Shown: positions 1 through 12,391 of the stretch, one piece after another
Numbering within the stretch: position 1 is the stretch's first letter
Layout: each line of letters begins with the position of its first letter
Assembly: GCA_030295235.1 (NCBI GenBank)
Contig: AP026129.1
Location: forward strand, 1,302,001 to 1,366,000
Length of the DNA stretch: 64,000 nt
Reading direction: 5' to 3'
From: Fistulifera solaris
Taxonomy: Eukaryota
Notes under the pieces: model-generated
What the model saw: only the letters and a program-made list of their open reading frames with translations
The model's database searches: none
Told to the model about the DNA's origin: nothing
Position numbers and translations under genes: made by a program

Positions 1-776
1 AAGACCGGTGCATTCAACCTTTACTATCGAATTGCTCACATATTTTAATTGCGTTGCCTCCACCCCGAGAAAAGGATGACGAACTGGAGGCAGTCCTCCA
101 ATCCATTCAACAACAGTTTCCTCGAAACGGCTGGATCGGCATCATTTCAACCACCGGTGTTTATGGCGATCATCAAGGTTCTTGGGTGACGGAAACATCC
201 GTCTGTTCTCCGTCTTCCGAAAGTGCATCACGATTTCTTCAGTGGGAACACGAATGGCGAAAAAATGTCAACACAATGGATATCAACTGGCCATTTTTCG
301 ATGTGCTGGTATTTACGGGCCCGGTCGATCGGCATTGCATACCGTGTACCGAAACACGGCGTCGGAAGGAGGAGGAATCACCAATCGGATCCATACGCAC
401 GATCTGTCACGAGCAGTGGTGGAGTGCATGAGAAAAAAGTCGTATTGGTGATGAATCAAGTATGGGCGATTGTGAAATCTTCAATCTGGCCGATGATCTA
501 CCGGAATCACGTGCAGTCGTTCTGAAATATGCCCGTGATCTGTTACAATCAGGAGGTCTTTGGGACAACACGACGGATAACATGGTCCTTCCTTCCAAGA
601 CGTCGAATCGAGCGCGACGACGGGAAACGGAGGAAAAGCGTGTTTGTAACCGAAAAATGAAAAAGATTTTGTTGGATGGAACAAATCTGATCTTTCCGAC
701 GTATAAGGAAGGGTTACGGCACATCCTAGAACAGCCGTCGGAGCCGTGGTGGGAAAGGAAAGTATATCATCCTTAG
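1..776 (+). CDS. NAD-dependent epimerase/dehydratase (YeeZ-like atypical SDR), 5'-truncated, joined across frameshifts
   Basis: ISTTGVYGDHQGSWVTETS (ORF 54..431), FRCAGIYGPGRSAL and TNRIHTHDL (182..451), FNLADDLP and KRVCNRKMK..FPTYKEGL (462..776) occur in the expected order. Confidence 0.8.
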
Positions 777-2695
777 TTTCTTGTGATATATATTCGCATG
801 CTGGTACCGACAATGGATTTCCAGAATCTTCGACGGAATTCCAGATTGTGAGCGCACCGCATCTCTGCCTTTTTCCATCGTTTTGCCATCGACCACCAGT
901 AGCACTTTCATAATGGCAAACGCAGAAGGGAGGTATTCTGGAGAAGACGAAACCCATGGAGGTACAATTCGAAAGCACATGGAGCTGGAAATAAGAACGA
1001 TGTATGATGACCATGCAATCAAGGAAAGAAAGGCTTGAATGATAAATAGCAATGCACAGCAGTACCAGGGTAAAGCAGGCGAGTTGATGAGTCTTTCTAA
1101 TTTCAGTCCCGCCCACACCGGACTTTTTTGAGTCACGCCCATGCGTGAATGCATTAGAGTAAACTGATTATAACGAAGCCAGCAGAGGACGGTGAGGAAC
1201 GATGAATTTACTTTCATGACCAGCAAATCCTCTAGCAATCGACGCTTATATATATATACAAATTAACACGGTGTTCTCTTTTAATTACTTTGTGCGCTGC
1301 TTTCATCCCATCTTAACGACTGAAGCAGAGGCCACTACTAGAGTATTCATGGAGAAATGCTTTTCGCACAATTCTAGCACCAAATCTAAAAGCTGTGCTT
1401 TTGCGTCCTTTACCTTGTTGCCGTGGTGGGAGCCAGCTTTTCCATTGAGTTGCACACTGACAAGGTCAGAGAATAAATCTTTCTCGAGACAAAAGGCCGA
1501 TTCGAAATCCGAACAGTCTTTCCAACAACAGATCGTTGCCCCGAATTCATGGATGCGCAAAACATACAGGGCAACGATGGATCGGCTTGCTATTTGCAAG
1601 CATGGAACAAAAGAAAAGGCAGCAAAAAAGCTGTGCTGTTTACTGGAATTATCGTATCTTCGACGCTCCAAGCGCGATGAGCGATTCCGATGTTCACTGT
1701 CCTTCATGCGCGACACGCGACATGGAAGGATACTGGTAGGAGGTTCGGCCTCATTCCCTACTAGTATGCTAGAGCTGCTAGAGACTCTAGAGAATGCAAG
1801 ATAATTCTGTGCACTGTTTTTCACTTTTCTGTATTTTTAGATTTTCGGGGCTGAAGGGTAGTGTGGATGAACGATGTATGAAATGTGAAAACGTTGGCGA
1901 GGAACGGAACTCCCCAGAACTCCGAACTGCGAACTCCGAACTCAAACGTCTTGTTCCATTGGCTCGAAGCTCGTAGCCGGTAGCCTTGAAGACAAGGAAT
2001 AAAGAATAAAGAAAGAAGCTCACTTGGTATTTGATAAGTACCAAGAACAAAGAGTGTCATGAAGCAAACATCGTTAAATCCCAAGATGTCATGTGGCACC
2101 CAGCAATCACGAGTCGTATTTCTTAAAGTGTTATTTAGACCTCTAGAGGCATAAATATTCTTCACAAAAAAACTTCGTACTTGTAAATTCAACAAAAATA
2201 AACCTAGTCTGTCTAAGTTCTAATCAATGAAGAATGAAAAACGAAGAACGACGAAACAATGAAGAAAAACGTCTGCTCAAAGCGAAAGTGGACAGCGATA
2301 GCGAATTTAGAAACATCAAGGAACACTGCAAAGTTCGCCTGACGCAACACCCAATCCACAATTAACAAATCTCAATTAAGCCTGGCGGTTTCTTCACCGC
2401 TAAAGAATCAAGTGGGAACTGAAAACGACTTCCAAAGCAAATCCGCGAATAGCCAGTCCGGATTCCGGATCCTCGTAACTGCTGCAGTTTTTCTACGTGG
2501 TAAGGTGTCATGGAATCTGCGAACTCCTGCAGAGCCCATCCTTGGACATTTTGGATCGCCAGTTTCCGCAGAACAGAGATGCTCATAAATCAGAAAAATC
2601 CAAAGTTGCTGGAAAGGTAAGATTGATGATGCTGATTCAATACGCATTCCGAGCTTGGAACTAAATCAACACTGTGTAAAATACCCACAGATATC

Positions 2696-4513
2696 ATGAA
2701 AATCACAACCTTCGCAACCTCTCTCCTTCTGGCAAGTGTGCTAGTTCCAAATCAAGCATCTCAGGTCGACGAGGCGCTTCCTCATTTTCGTGCTCGCTCG
2801 CTTCTCACGGCTGTTGAGCTCGGAAACGGAGCACAGCTGAGTGTCAACATCAACGCACCAGCAACTGGCTCGTCAGTTGTCGTTGACGACACATGTGCTG
2901 CTTCCACACCATTCGACGGGTCTGCCAGTGTCGGTAAAGGCAATCCAGATGTTACTTACATCTTCATCATTGACGAATCCGGTAGCACTTCCGGTATTAT
3001 TGCGGGCATCAAGGCTTTCTTTGAGGATCTCACAGATATAGTGTTCAGCGAAGGCTCTGCTCTCAACGCCGGTGTTGTGCGATTCGGGAGCAGCGCAATC
3101 AGGATGTCTGCCCTGACCGACGATATCGCTGCTATCAAAGACGTCATCGATAATCCGTTTTTGAATGGGCCGAGCACCAACTGTGCTGACAGTCTGGTCA
3201 AGGCTCGCGAACTAGCTGAGACGAGCACGGCTGCCACCACTATTGTTTTGTTTGCTGGGGATGGCGCGTGTAATTCGGGCGGCTCTTTTGTTGGACCAGC
3301 GAATGACCTAGCGGGGTTAGCGAACACCAATGTGATCGTCGAAACCATCGCCATTGGCATTGGATGCCAAGGCGATCTTGGGTCTATTCCACGAAATGGT
3401 GGTAGCTGCAAAGCCGTCACCAGTGTCAATGATTTCGACATCACGACTGTCATCGGAACCACACTCAAGGACGTTGCGTACAACCTCAACGCAGGCGCTT
3501 TTGCAAGTCTCACCACTTCTCCGAGCGGCGACACTGCTGGTCCAGCGACCAAGACGTTCGTGCAAGCCATCCCCATCAACTTGGGACCGAACGATCTTTG
3601 CGTCAAAGCAACCGGAAATGACGAAGTCGGCCAGCAAGATGTTGACGTCTTGGAATGTATTTCCATCGTCGGAGTTGACGCATCCGCACCAACAATCACG
3701 TGTCCAGCAAACATTATCACAGCTACTGATGCAGGACTTTGCGAGTCATCCGTGGCCACAGGATCGGCCACGGCGATTGACAATTGCAGCGATGGTTTGA
3801 GTCCACAGGCAAGTGCAACTGGTCCCTTTCCTCTTGGCATCAGCACAGTCACTTTTAGCGTCGTCGATGCTTCTGGTAACCCCGCGAGCTGTGATATGAG
3901 CGTTGAGGTCTATGACGGTGAAGAACCAATTCTTTTGTGTCCCGCCGACATGACCGTTAGCACGGATGCTGGCATTTGTACGGCGACCATTGAGATCCCC
4001 GTCGCTACCGTGACCGACAACTGTGACCAAGGATTGACTCCCAGCACCACCGCCGTCAACCCCTTCGCGCTCGGAAGCACCACTGTCGAGTACACTGTCG
4101 CCGATAACGCAGGAAACACCGACGCTTGCACCTTTGCTGTCGTCGTTGAAGACAACGAAGCTCCCACGGCAACTTGTTCGCCGGCAAACAATCCTGGCGG
4201 CAATGTCCCGAAGGCAAACAACCAAGATGGATTCTTCGTTTTGGGTGGCGAGGACAATTGCAGCGTATTAAGTTATCAAGTTGTTGACTCGGTTTCGGGA
4301 TTCGTCTTCGGCCCTTTCCCATCTGGAACTGTTTTCAAGTACACTGAAGCCCCGGGCAGCACACCGTCTCAAAAGCCCGGAACAGGGAACGTCAATTACT
4401 TTCTCAAGGGTAAAGGAGACGCGTACGTTCTCGTGACGGACGGTGCTGGAAATACGGCGATGGCGCCCTGCTTGGTTCCTCCGAAACCTTCTCGTCTCCT
4501 TCGAGGCATCTAA
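2696..4513 (+). CDS. Secreted VWA + tandem HYR-like domain protein (605 aa, intronless)
   Basis: Signal peptide MKITTFATSLLLASVLV, then RSL; VWA MIDAS motif IFIIDESGS; two repeats of the type D..APTITCP..DAG.C..ATAIDNCS..PFPLG.STV.F.V.D.SGN...C. Confidence 0.85.
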   Translation: MKITTFATSLLLASVLVPNQASQVDEALPHFRARSLLTAVELGNGAQLSVNINAPATGSSVVVDDTCAASTPFDGSASVGKGNPDVTYIFIIDESGSTSGIIAGIKAFFEDLTDIVFSEGSALNAGVVRFGSSAIRMSALTDDIAAIKDVIDNPFLNGPSTNCADSLVKARELAETSTAATTIVLFAGDGACNSGGSFVGPANDLAGLANTNVIVETIAIGIGCQGDLGSIPRNGGSCKAVTSVNDFDITTVIGTTLKDVAYNLNAGAFASLTTSPSGDTAGPATKTFVQAIPINLGPNDLCVKATGNDEVGQQDVDVLECISIVGVDASAPTITCPANIITATDAGLCESSVATGSATAIDNCSDGLSPQASATGPFPLGISTVTFSVVDASGNPASCDMSVEVYDGEEPILLCPADMTVSTDAGICTATIEIPVATVTDNCDQGLTPSTTAVNPFALGSTTVEYTVADNAGNTDACTFAVVVEDNEAPTATCSPANNPGGNVPKANNQDGFFVLGGEDNCSVLSYQVVDSVSGFVFGPFPSGTVFKYTEAPGSTPSQKPGTGNVNYFLKGKGDAYVLVTDGAGNTAMAPCLVPPKPSRLLRGI

Positions 4514-5166
4514 GTATCGACATCATCAACAAAAGAATGCGATGATACTCTTCTTTGCGTGAGAAATACATGTGTTACATGATCTGCATGAAATTCAGAT
4601 GCAAACCGAACCAGTCGAGACGTATTATCAATCATAGTTTTCATTATGCATAGCGAAATTCACTTTAGACAGTAGTCTTTCTCTCTCTAGTCTACCATCT
4701 CGTGCGCTGCCTTCCTTGATCCTTGAAATCAATGTTTGTCAATGGGGTGCTGGGGTCGGTAGTGCCATTTTAAGTGGCGAATTGTTGTGGGGCGACTTCT
4801 TTTCATGTTTTGGGGGAATGTGAAAGGAGAATAACGGTTCACGGGCTGCCGGGCTGCCGATACAATGATGTACTTGCACGTACAACTGTTCGTCACGTTC
4901 AGAAGTAGGGACAGATTTGAAACCGATACTGAAAAGTACCCCCAAACACCTAAAAAATCAGATCGTGTTTCGAAGTTCGCACACAAAATCACAAGGTCCT
5001 CCTCTTTCTTTTCTCATCTTTAGGACGAATCTTATCGAAGATTCATGCAAGATGCACATCTCACAAAACTCATTTTTGATCGATAAGAACGATCGCCGAC
5101 GCCATAAAGGCTCATTTTTTTGTTTCACCCACCCCCACGAGGCAAACATCACCGATTTTTTTTAAC

Positions 5167-7734
5167 ATGAAGCTTTGCATTCTCCTGATATTTTTCTTTG
5201 CTGCGGCAACAACGGTAAGAAGCGTCAGACGCGCAAACTTTCTTTGATGTCAACTACCTCGGGCTCAATCTCTCTTTGACTTTCCTTCAATAAAGGCCGA
5301 GCTCATCTTGACGGGAGCCATGGATGGTCCTCTAAGCGGAGGAAATCCCAAGTTCATCGAGTTGTTTGCGACCGCTAGTATTGCAGATCTCAGTATTTAT
5401 AGCATCGAAGTGGCATTCAACGGGGCTGCCGCGAGCGGAACTCCGCAGTACACCTTTCCCGCGGATTCCGTCGCACAGGGAACCTACATTTATTTGGCTT
5501 CCTCCAGCAACAGCGGAGAAGCCGGTTTCCTCGCTTACTTCGGGTGCCCTCACGATTATCTCACTTCCGCTTCGTTCAGCAATGGCGATGATGTCTATTT
5601 GCTCCGCAAGAACGGAGCCGTGATTGATGCTATTGGTGAGGTGGGCGTCGATGGAACTGGCCAAGCATGGGAGTACTTGGATGGATGGATCAAGCGTAAC
5701 AATGTGAGCACTTCATCGACACCTTCTGTCACATTCAACGTCGCCGATTGGACTGTGAGTGGTATCAACGCTTTGGATGCATGCACAGTGACCAACGCTT
5801 TGTGCACATCCGTTTATAACTTTCAAAAGGCCAGCTGTACACCCGTCGAAGAAGAAGAACCTGCTACGACAACCCTTATTTCAGCCGTTCAAGGAAGTGG
5901 CAGCGTCGACGCCTTTAAACAATGTTGTCGGTAAAAATTCAAGGAATTGTTGTTGGTGACTTTCAAGACGGCGATAGTGATAATAAACGAAACTTGGCCG
6001 GCTTTTTTGTTCAAGAAGAAGACGCGGACGGCGATAGTGACCCACTCACATCCGAAGGTATCTTTGTTTACGACCCCACTCTACTGGCCGACGTGAGTGT
6101 CGGTGACGAAGTGATTGTCGTGGGAACCGCCAGTGAAGCATTCGGCAACACGCAAATCAAAGATGTTACTCGTATTACAATTGTTTCGAGCGGAAACACT
6201 CTCCCAACTCCAGCATCAATCACATTACCTCTCGCAACTTCGAATGGCAATAATCCTGACCTTGAACCGTTTGAAGGTATGCTTGTGACTGTCACCAACA
6301 AATTGCTGATCACGGAGATGTTTCAATTGGATCGTTTCAATGAAATTAAACTTGCCACAGAACGTTTCTACCAATACTCGCAGCAGAATATTCCGAATGC
6401 GCAAGGCAACGCCGATTATCTGGATCTCGTCTACCGCAGTACAATCACCTCGACGACGGTTTGACGACTCAAAACAGTGACATTCGTCTCTTGGATGGCT
6501 TTCAAAATTGGCCCGCCACACCGATTCGTATGGGAGACAGTGTCACATCGTTGACCGGTGTCCTGTTTTATTCCTTTTCCTTGTACCGCATCCTAAGTAC
6601 TGCTGATGGAACCGTGTCCTTTGTGAGCGAGAATCCTCGTCCACCGGCTCCATCGATCCAAGGAGACGTCAAAATCGTCACCCTCAATGTACTGAACTTC
6701 TTTACGACGTTGGACATCGGCAGTGCGGAAACCTCGAATGGTAACGATCCTCGTGGAGCCGACAGTCAAGCCGAGTTCGATCGTCAACTGCAAAAGCTTC
6801 TCACTAGTCTTTTTACAAGCGAACGGTGACATTTTCGCCTTGATTGAAATCGAAAATGATTTCCTGTCTGGATCTCCGGGTAATGCGTTGGAGTTCTTGA
6901 CCAATGCATTGAACAGTGCGACCGCGGCTGGAACGTCACGATTGGGTTGATCCTGGTCAACAATGCGTCGATGGCAGTGATGCTATCTCCAATGGATTCA
7001 TTTACAAGACGAGTGGCGCCCGATTGAAGGTGTCGCTATTCTGAATGACGCGGTCGTCGCAACACTCGATAGCACCCTGTTGACGGAAGATTCGACTATT
7101 TTTGATGGCCCCGATACCAACCAGCCGCCTTGGCGGCGACCTTTGTCGTGGGTCCCCCGAAGAATTGCCTCACGATTGCCAACAATCACTTCAAATCGAA
7201 GGAGGTAGTGGAACCGGCCCGAATGCGGACCAAAATGACGGTGCCGCTAGTTTCAACAATCGCCGCTTACTAGCCGCGAAAGCCTTGGATCAATGGCTCG
7301 TCACTGATCCGACCGGTGTGGCTTGTGACAATGTGGCCATTGTGGGAGATTTGAATTCGTATGTGAAGGAAGATCCCATTCGGTATCTGACGGACACGAC
7401 GTTCAATCCCAACGCGAATTTTCGCGATATTTTCGATGCTCCAGAAAATCAGTACAGTTACGTCTTTGATGGCATGATCGGAACGCTCGATTACGTTTTA
7501 GTGAATGATGCCTTGTCAGAGTTGGTGGTAGACGCTCAAAAATGGCACATTAATGAAGACGAACCCGATGCGTTGGATTACAATTTGGATTTTGGACGTC
7601 TCGTGACGTATTTTGATGGTGCGAATGCGGCGCGGAATTCGGATCACAGTCCCGTGTTGATGGGAATCGATTTCACTCCTCCGCGTCGTAGAAATGGACT
7701 ATGTCCTCCCTCATTTGCAAATAATCGTGCGTAA
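5167..7734 (+). CDS. ExeM/NucH-family extracellular endonuclease (lamin-tail-like + OB-fold + EEP domains); intron 5215..5295; several frameshifts
   Basis: Signal exon MKLCILLIFFFAAATT|gtaaga..taaag|AELILTG; GFFVQEEDADGDSDPLTSEGIFVY, LEPFEGMLV, NVLNFF, RGADSQAEFDRQ, GDLNSY..EDPI, YSYVFDG..GTLDY, WHINEDEPD, NSDHSPV. Confidence 0.9.
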
Positions 7735-7739
7735 AAAGT

Positions 7740-7763
7740 AATGAATGAATGAATGAATGAATG
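7740..7763. repeat. (AATG)6 microsatellite
   Basis: Read directly, just 3' of the nuclease stop codon. Confidence 0.85.
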
Positions 7764-8212
7764 CATCATGAAATAAATACAGCAGATTTTTTCGTCAAAA
7801 CAACAACAAAGAAACGCCTGGAGCTGTTTTTTTTCCTTTCTTTCATTTTTTGCGTGCGGTGCGTCGGGGACTGACGTCCAGACGCATGTTACGCAAACTA
7901 TTAGGGTTCGAGTGTACCCGTTGATCACAGACACAATGACAGACCGACGCAATAAGATAACACGCAGCTTTTTTTTCTCGCTTTTTCTCCATCATTTTTC
8001 ATTCAGCGCCATCCTTTCAGATATTTCATTCGTCGTTTTATAAATAATCATTGTATTCATTGTATCATCATCTTAAAACTATCAATTCCGTCAACAGCAC
8101 CGGATTTTCTATCGCGAGCTTATTGCGCGTCTTGTCCTGTTTTTGTTTCTGGTAGTACACTTTTGCTGTGATTTTCCCTTCCTTGCTTTGCAAACTTGCG
8201 TGAGTGAAACAA

Positions 8213-9317
8213 ATGACCGAAGCTTTCGTCGGTCGCCCCGTTGCTGTCAATGCGCATCAGCCGCAGCGATCATCCTCAATCAAAAAGAAACTGTTTCGAG
8301 GAGGAAAACAGACAAAAGCGCACAGCAACAGCCAAAGAAAACGCCCCAAGAACCATCGAACATTGACGACCCGAACACTCCTCACATTTCCGATCCTCGT
8401 AATAATAAAGACACAACAACCGACCAACGTTTGACGACGAAAGCAACGAAACGAGGGAATGGTCGCAATACCGAATCGTTTGATCCGTCCAGTACGCTGG
8501 TACGTCCGGCGTTCGCGGATCCGGGTCGGGTCTTCTGCGGTGAAACAATTCACACAGCCGCTGCGTCATGACGATGTCGTCATTGTGCCAGAACTCTTTG
8601 GTCCTGAAGAGAATTGGAATCTGTATTATCAACTGTTAGAGGAAATGAAAGATCGCCACGATTGGACGTCGTGGCATGAAGGAGCGCATCTCATTGTCAA
8701 GCATCCCGATCCTTCGCCGACCTTTCAAAAGGTCGTACAGACTTTGTGTGAGTACTTTCAGATCCGTCCGCAATCACTGGGAGTCCGCTTCAATTGGTAC
8801 AAGGATAGTTCCGACTGGAAACCCTTTCATCATGATTCCGCTGGCCTTCAATCCGCGAACGGAAGCAGACCCAAAACATTACCGTCGGTGCGAGCTTTGG
8901 GGCGTGTCGGAATTGGCCTTTCTCTTGGCGTCCTCACAAGACGAAGACACGCTGGTTTATTTTCCGCAACCCAACAATGGCGTCTTTTCGTTTGGTCGGG
9001 ATGTGAATATTCGATGGAAGCACGGGATTAACGCTGTTGCTGAGAAATCGGATCAAGGACGCATCAGTATCATTGTGTGGGGACTCGCACAGAATGTGAT
9101 TGAAGAAGAGGATTCGCCAGCACTTTTAGGTTCCGATGGACATGGACCTCATGCGGCGAAGAAGAAGAATCATCATCATCATCCGGGAAATGACAAAAAG
9201 AATGGACGTCGCAATCATCATCATCGTCACAATCATAAGAAAATCCCGAACATGGAGACGGCTAACACTGCCAAAGAAAGCAACAGCCCAGCGGCCGACA
9301 AAGAAAACAAAGCTTAA
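8213..9317 (+). CDS. 2OG-Fe(II) dioxygenase (AlkB-like fold), joined across frameshifts
   Basis: RFNWYKDSSDWKPFHHDSA (HxD), FSFGRDVNIRWKHG (distal His), GRISIIVWG (2OG-binding Arg); His/Lys-rich C-terminal tail. Confidence 0.8.
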
Positions 9318-9401
9318 TCAATCAATCAGATAATACTAGTTTGCAATTTACTGTTACAGAGGCTGTTTGCTACCGCGAATTCGCCAGCGTGAGTATTTGT
9401 A

Positions 9402-10520
9402 TCATCCGCGAGGATTCTTGCTCCAAACAATGATGGTGCTTCGTTCCACGTGTGCCGCTTTCAACAGAAGGAAAGCTTCTTCATCGTCCCAAGGGAGTGG
9501 AACAAAGTGATCGATCCAGTACCAGCACTGGATAGCAAACGTGGCTTCCTGAGGATGCTCTTGCACTCGTTGAAGCGTTTTGTTGAATGGCTCGTTCAAG
9601 TGGCATTCACGAAGCATCGTCTTGTCAATCACGATGCGTTCCGGATCCTCCCTCGTACTGAGCAACAGTGGCCAAGGCCTTGGCCAGGAATTGCCACGCC
9701 AGAAACGATAACGTTTCATTCGCGGTCCTCGACGCAACTGTCCTCGTGGTATATATAATTCTGCAAGTACTTCATTAGCGCATTTTCTTGAAAGACTCTC
9801 TTGCACATTTCGAGCGGTTCCTTTCGTAGTAAGTACAACATTTGCTCGAGTCCGCGTTGATTCTGTCGGTGGCAACTGCTGTTTAAGAGGCTTTCGACCT
9901 GCGCAAAGCCCGCCGTTTCCTGCACCGTGGACAACATGACGGCATGGGCTTTGCACGATTCCGGAACACCCGGAAAATCGGGAAATTCCAAGAGATCACT
10001 GCTGCACGAGGATGGTTCTGACGGTTCGATTACAGCACGAAACAGCCGGCGGCGACACCATTGCGTGGCGACACTACATCCTTGTTGACGTTGCAATTCG
10101 ACCAGAGTTCTATTTTCGTCATCATCGTCGTCGTCGTCATCGACGCGCCAGAGAAAAGATCGATAATTTGCAATTTTCTTTCATAATATCCAATTGACCT
10201 TCCCCATTCCAATGGCAATCACAGGACGCGTGCCGCAAGCGCCGTCCCAATCGCTCGAGGATCGTGTTGGCCGATACGTTGGCGACAAAGGTCGTGTGAC
10301 GCTGCAAGCAAAAATCCGGAGGAAACGGTCGCAAAGGTTTTTGTACTTTCCAGTCGTAAGTAGTGGCGCGTGGTGTCGTTATTTCATGGTGCCGGATGGG
10401 TGTTTCGGGCCCTTTTTTCATTTCCATGGTGGAGGAAAGTGCCGGAAGGGATACCGTTCCACTGGTGCTCATGGGTACGCTTCGTACGTTTGGTTTGCTT
10501 TCGATTGTTTCTTCTCTCAT
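9402..10520 (-). CDS. Hypothetical protein (three overlapping minus-strand ORFs probably joined by indels)
   Basis: ORFs 10137..10520, 9716..10096 and 9402..9956 tile the region with protein-like composition; no family recognised. Confidence 0.5.
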
Positions 10521-11134
10521 ATTATTGTTGCTGTATATATAGAGTATTCGTGTTTTTTTTTTTGTTTTATGAACTCATTCAAGGCAATAATAAAAGAAGG
10601 AAAGCACACGATAGTAGTCAGAATGGGATCGCCTAGAATATACACGGTGATGTCGCCGTCACGTTTGTTTGTGTCAGCTGCCCCCCGAAAATAAAGCTAA
10701 AACAACGGGTGTTCTATCAGGGTTCCTGGAACATCAAAGAAGTGCTCACCCGTCTTGCCGTCGTGTACTTTGTACTGTCTCGTCTCTCTCGCGTACTGTT
10801 CTCGAGTCTGAGAGATTGACCCTAATAAGAACCCTTCGTCCGTAGACCTTTCAAAAGCAGTTACTCCGTGAATTGCAGTACCGGTACCGGTACTAGAGTA
10901 CAAAGGACTCACACACACAATGCCAAGGACCAATGAGAACCGAGAATTTCATGATGATGACACACGAAACAGAGGACACGAAACGGCACCCGTGCGCCGT
11001 CGGCTGTCGGCTGTCATCTGTCATCATCAATCCCAGAAACCAGCCAAAACAAGAACTCGGCACACGGCACCCTCACAACCACAAACCGAAGCGACATTTT
11101 ATGAGAATACATCTCTCGAACCTGAATAAAAGTA

Positions 11135-12244
11135 CTACCTCCCGGGGGCGATAATGGGCCCACGATAGCCCGTGTTAATTTTTGTACGGCGTTTCAACGT
11201 AAATTCACGTAGCGGAGCAAGGACGCACGCAGAAACGCAACGAACTCGACCATTACACAATCAACAAATGAATGCATAAACCAGTCAAATACAGAGAAAT
11301 AGAGGTTTTACTGACGCCCGAGGGAGAGAAAAGGATAATGAAGGCGATCCTTCAAGGACGTTTAGAAGCCCGTTAAGAAAAAAAATAGAGCCTTTTGGTG
11401 TTAATCGGCGGACGACGGTGAGCAAATGACGAGCGCGACAATGAATGAATTTTGCTGCTAGAGAACGCTTGCCTGTGTTTTTCGAAGGCGTTCAAAGGTC
11501 TTTCGTTACGTAACAATGCAGCAATCAGACACGCAAGCAGGATTATTGAGAGTTTTGACGAGTTTTGACGAGTTTTTGCCGCAGCAATGTTCCGCTCGCA
11601 AAACAATGACAATGACACCAATGATGAGGAATTTGAAGAATGCTTCGACACGATGAATTCCGATGTCGACAAGTTGAATGAGCAAAATGTCTATTGTGTA
11701 AAAGGCTTCTTTTGGGATATTTTACTTGACTCTTCTAAGCTGCTTGATTACGAAAGCAATCAACTTTCCCCTTTCGAAGAATGGCATTGGTGATGACGGA
11801 AATGGATCAGCAAAGGCAGTATTGAACTTCTCTTGATTGCGTCGCGCAGGTAGAGTTACGGCTGATTCGAGGAATTCACCGCAGCAGGATATAACGTTTA
11901 CGGGACAGCAACAGACACCTGCCTTCAGTGTCGTCGTTGTCGTCCGTGGTCGCGCTTCATCTTTTGGCTAAAACGAAAGAGAAAGACCACTCCAACGGCT
12001 TAAACCGCGCACTAGAAGTAATAAGAGGTTCTAAAGTCATTTTTGTATGTATTTATTCTATTGAATGGTTCTTATTGTCATGGAAATCACCATGGTGATG
12101 GCTCCATCGTGAATCGTGAGTAAAAATGCTCGAGACGGAGGGAAATTTTATGTCCCCTATCCCCTATACGTGATTCCACGTAGAAACGCCGTGCAAAAAA
12201 ACAACACGGGCTTTCACGGGCCCATTATCGCCCCCCGGAGGTAG
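11135..12244. mobile_element. Non-autonomous TIR DNA transposon (MITE-like, Tc1/mariner-type TA flanks), about 1.1 kb
   Basis: Imperfect TIRs of about 77 bp: 11135..11211 CTACCTCCCGGGGGCGATAATGGGCCC...CACGTA and its reverse complement at 12167..12244; TA on both sides (11133-34, 12245-46); no transposase ORF. Confidence 0.85.
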
Positions 12245-12391
12245 TAGTTTCGTCTCGTTCCACAGCGTCGATCGTCGCGCACTTGCATCATCACATCAAA
12301 AATCACACACCACTACAACATGCACTCCTAGTACATACCAGGGAATCATAAATAGCATGTTCAGAACCCCCCATGGAACTGTATTACCAAG

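Noticed and set aside
726..1824. ORFs of 170-211 aa on both strands
   Set aside because: No recognisable motifs or consistent splice pattern; a gene or relic may be present but cannot be supported
2956..3852. Long antisense ORFs (this one, also 13866..14516 and 53340..53765)
   Set aside because: Shadow frames of real genes on the opposite strand
2696..7734. Bacterial contamination explaining the prokaryote-like genes
   Set aside because: The nuclease has a GT-AG intron, and both genes have eukaryotic signal peptides and are contiguous with diatom genes
11270..11800. Short ORFs inside the TIR element as a transposase
   Set aside because: No DD(D/E) or HTH motifs recognisable
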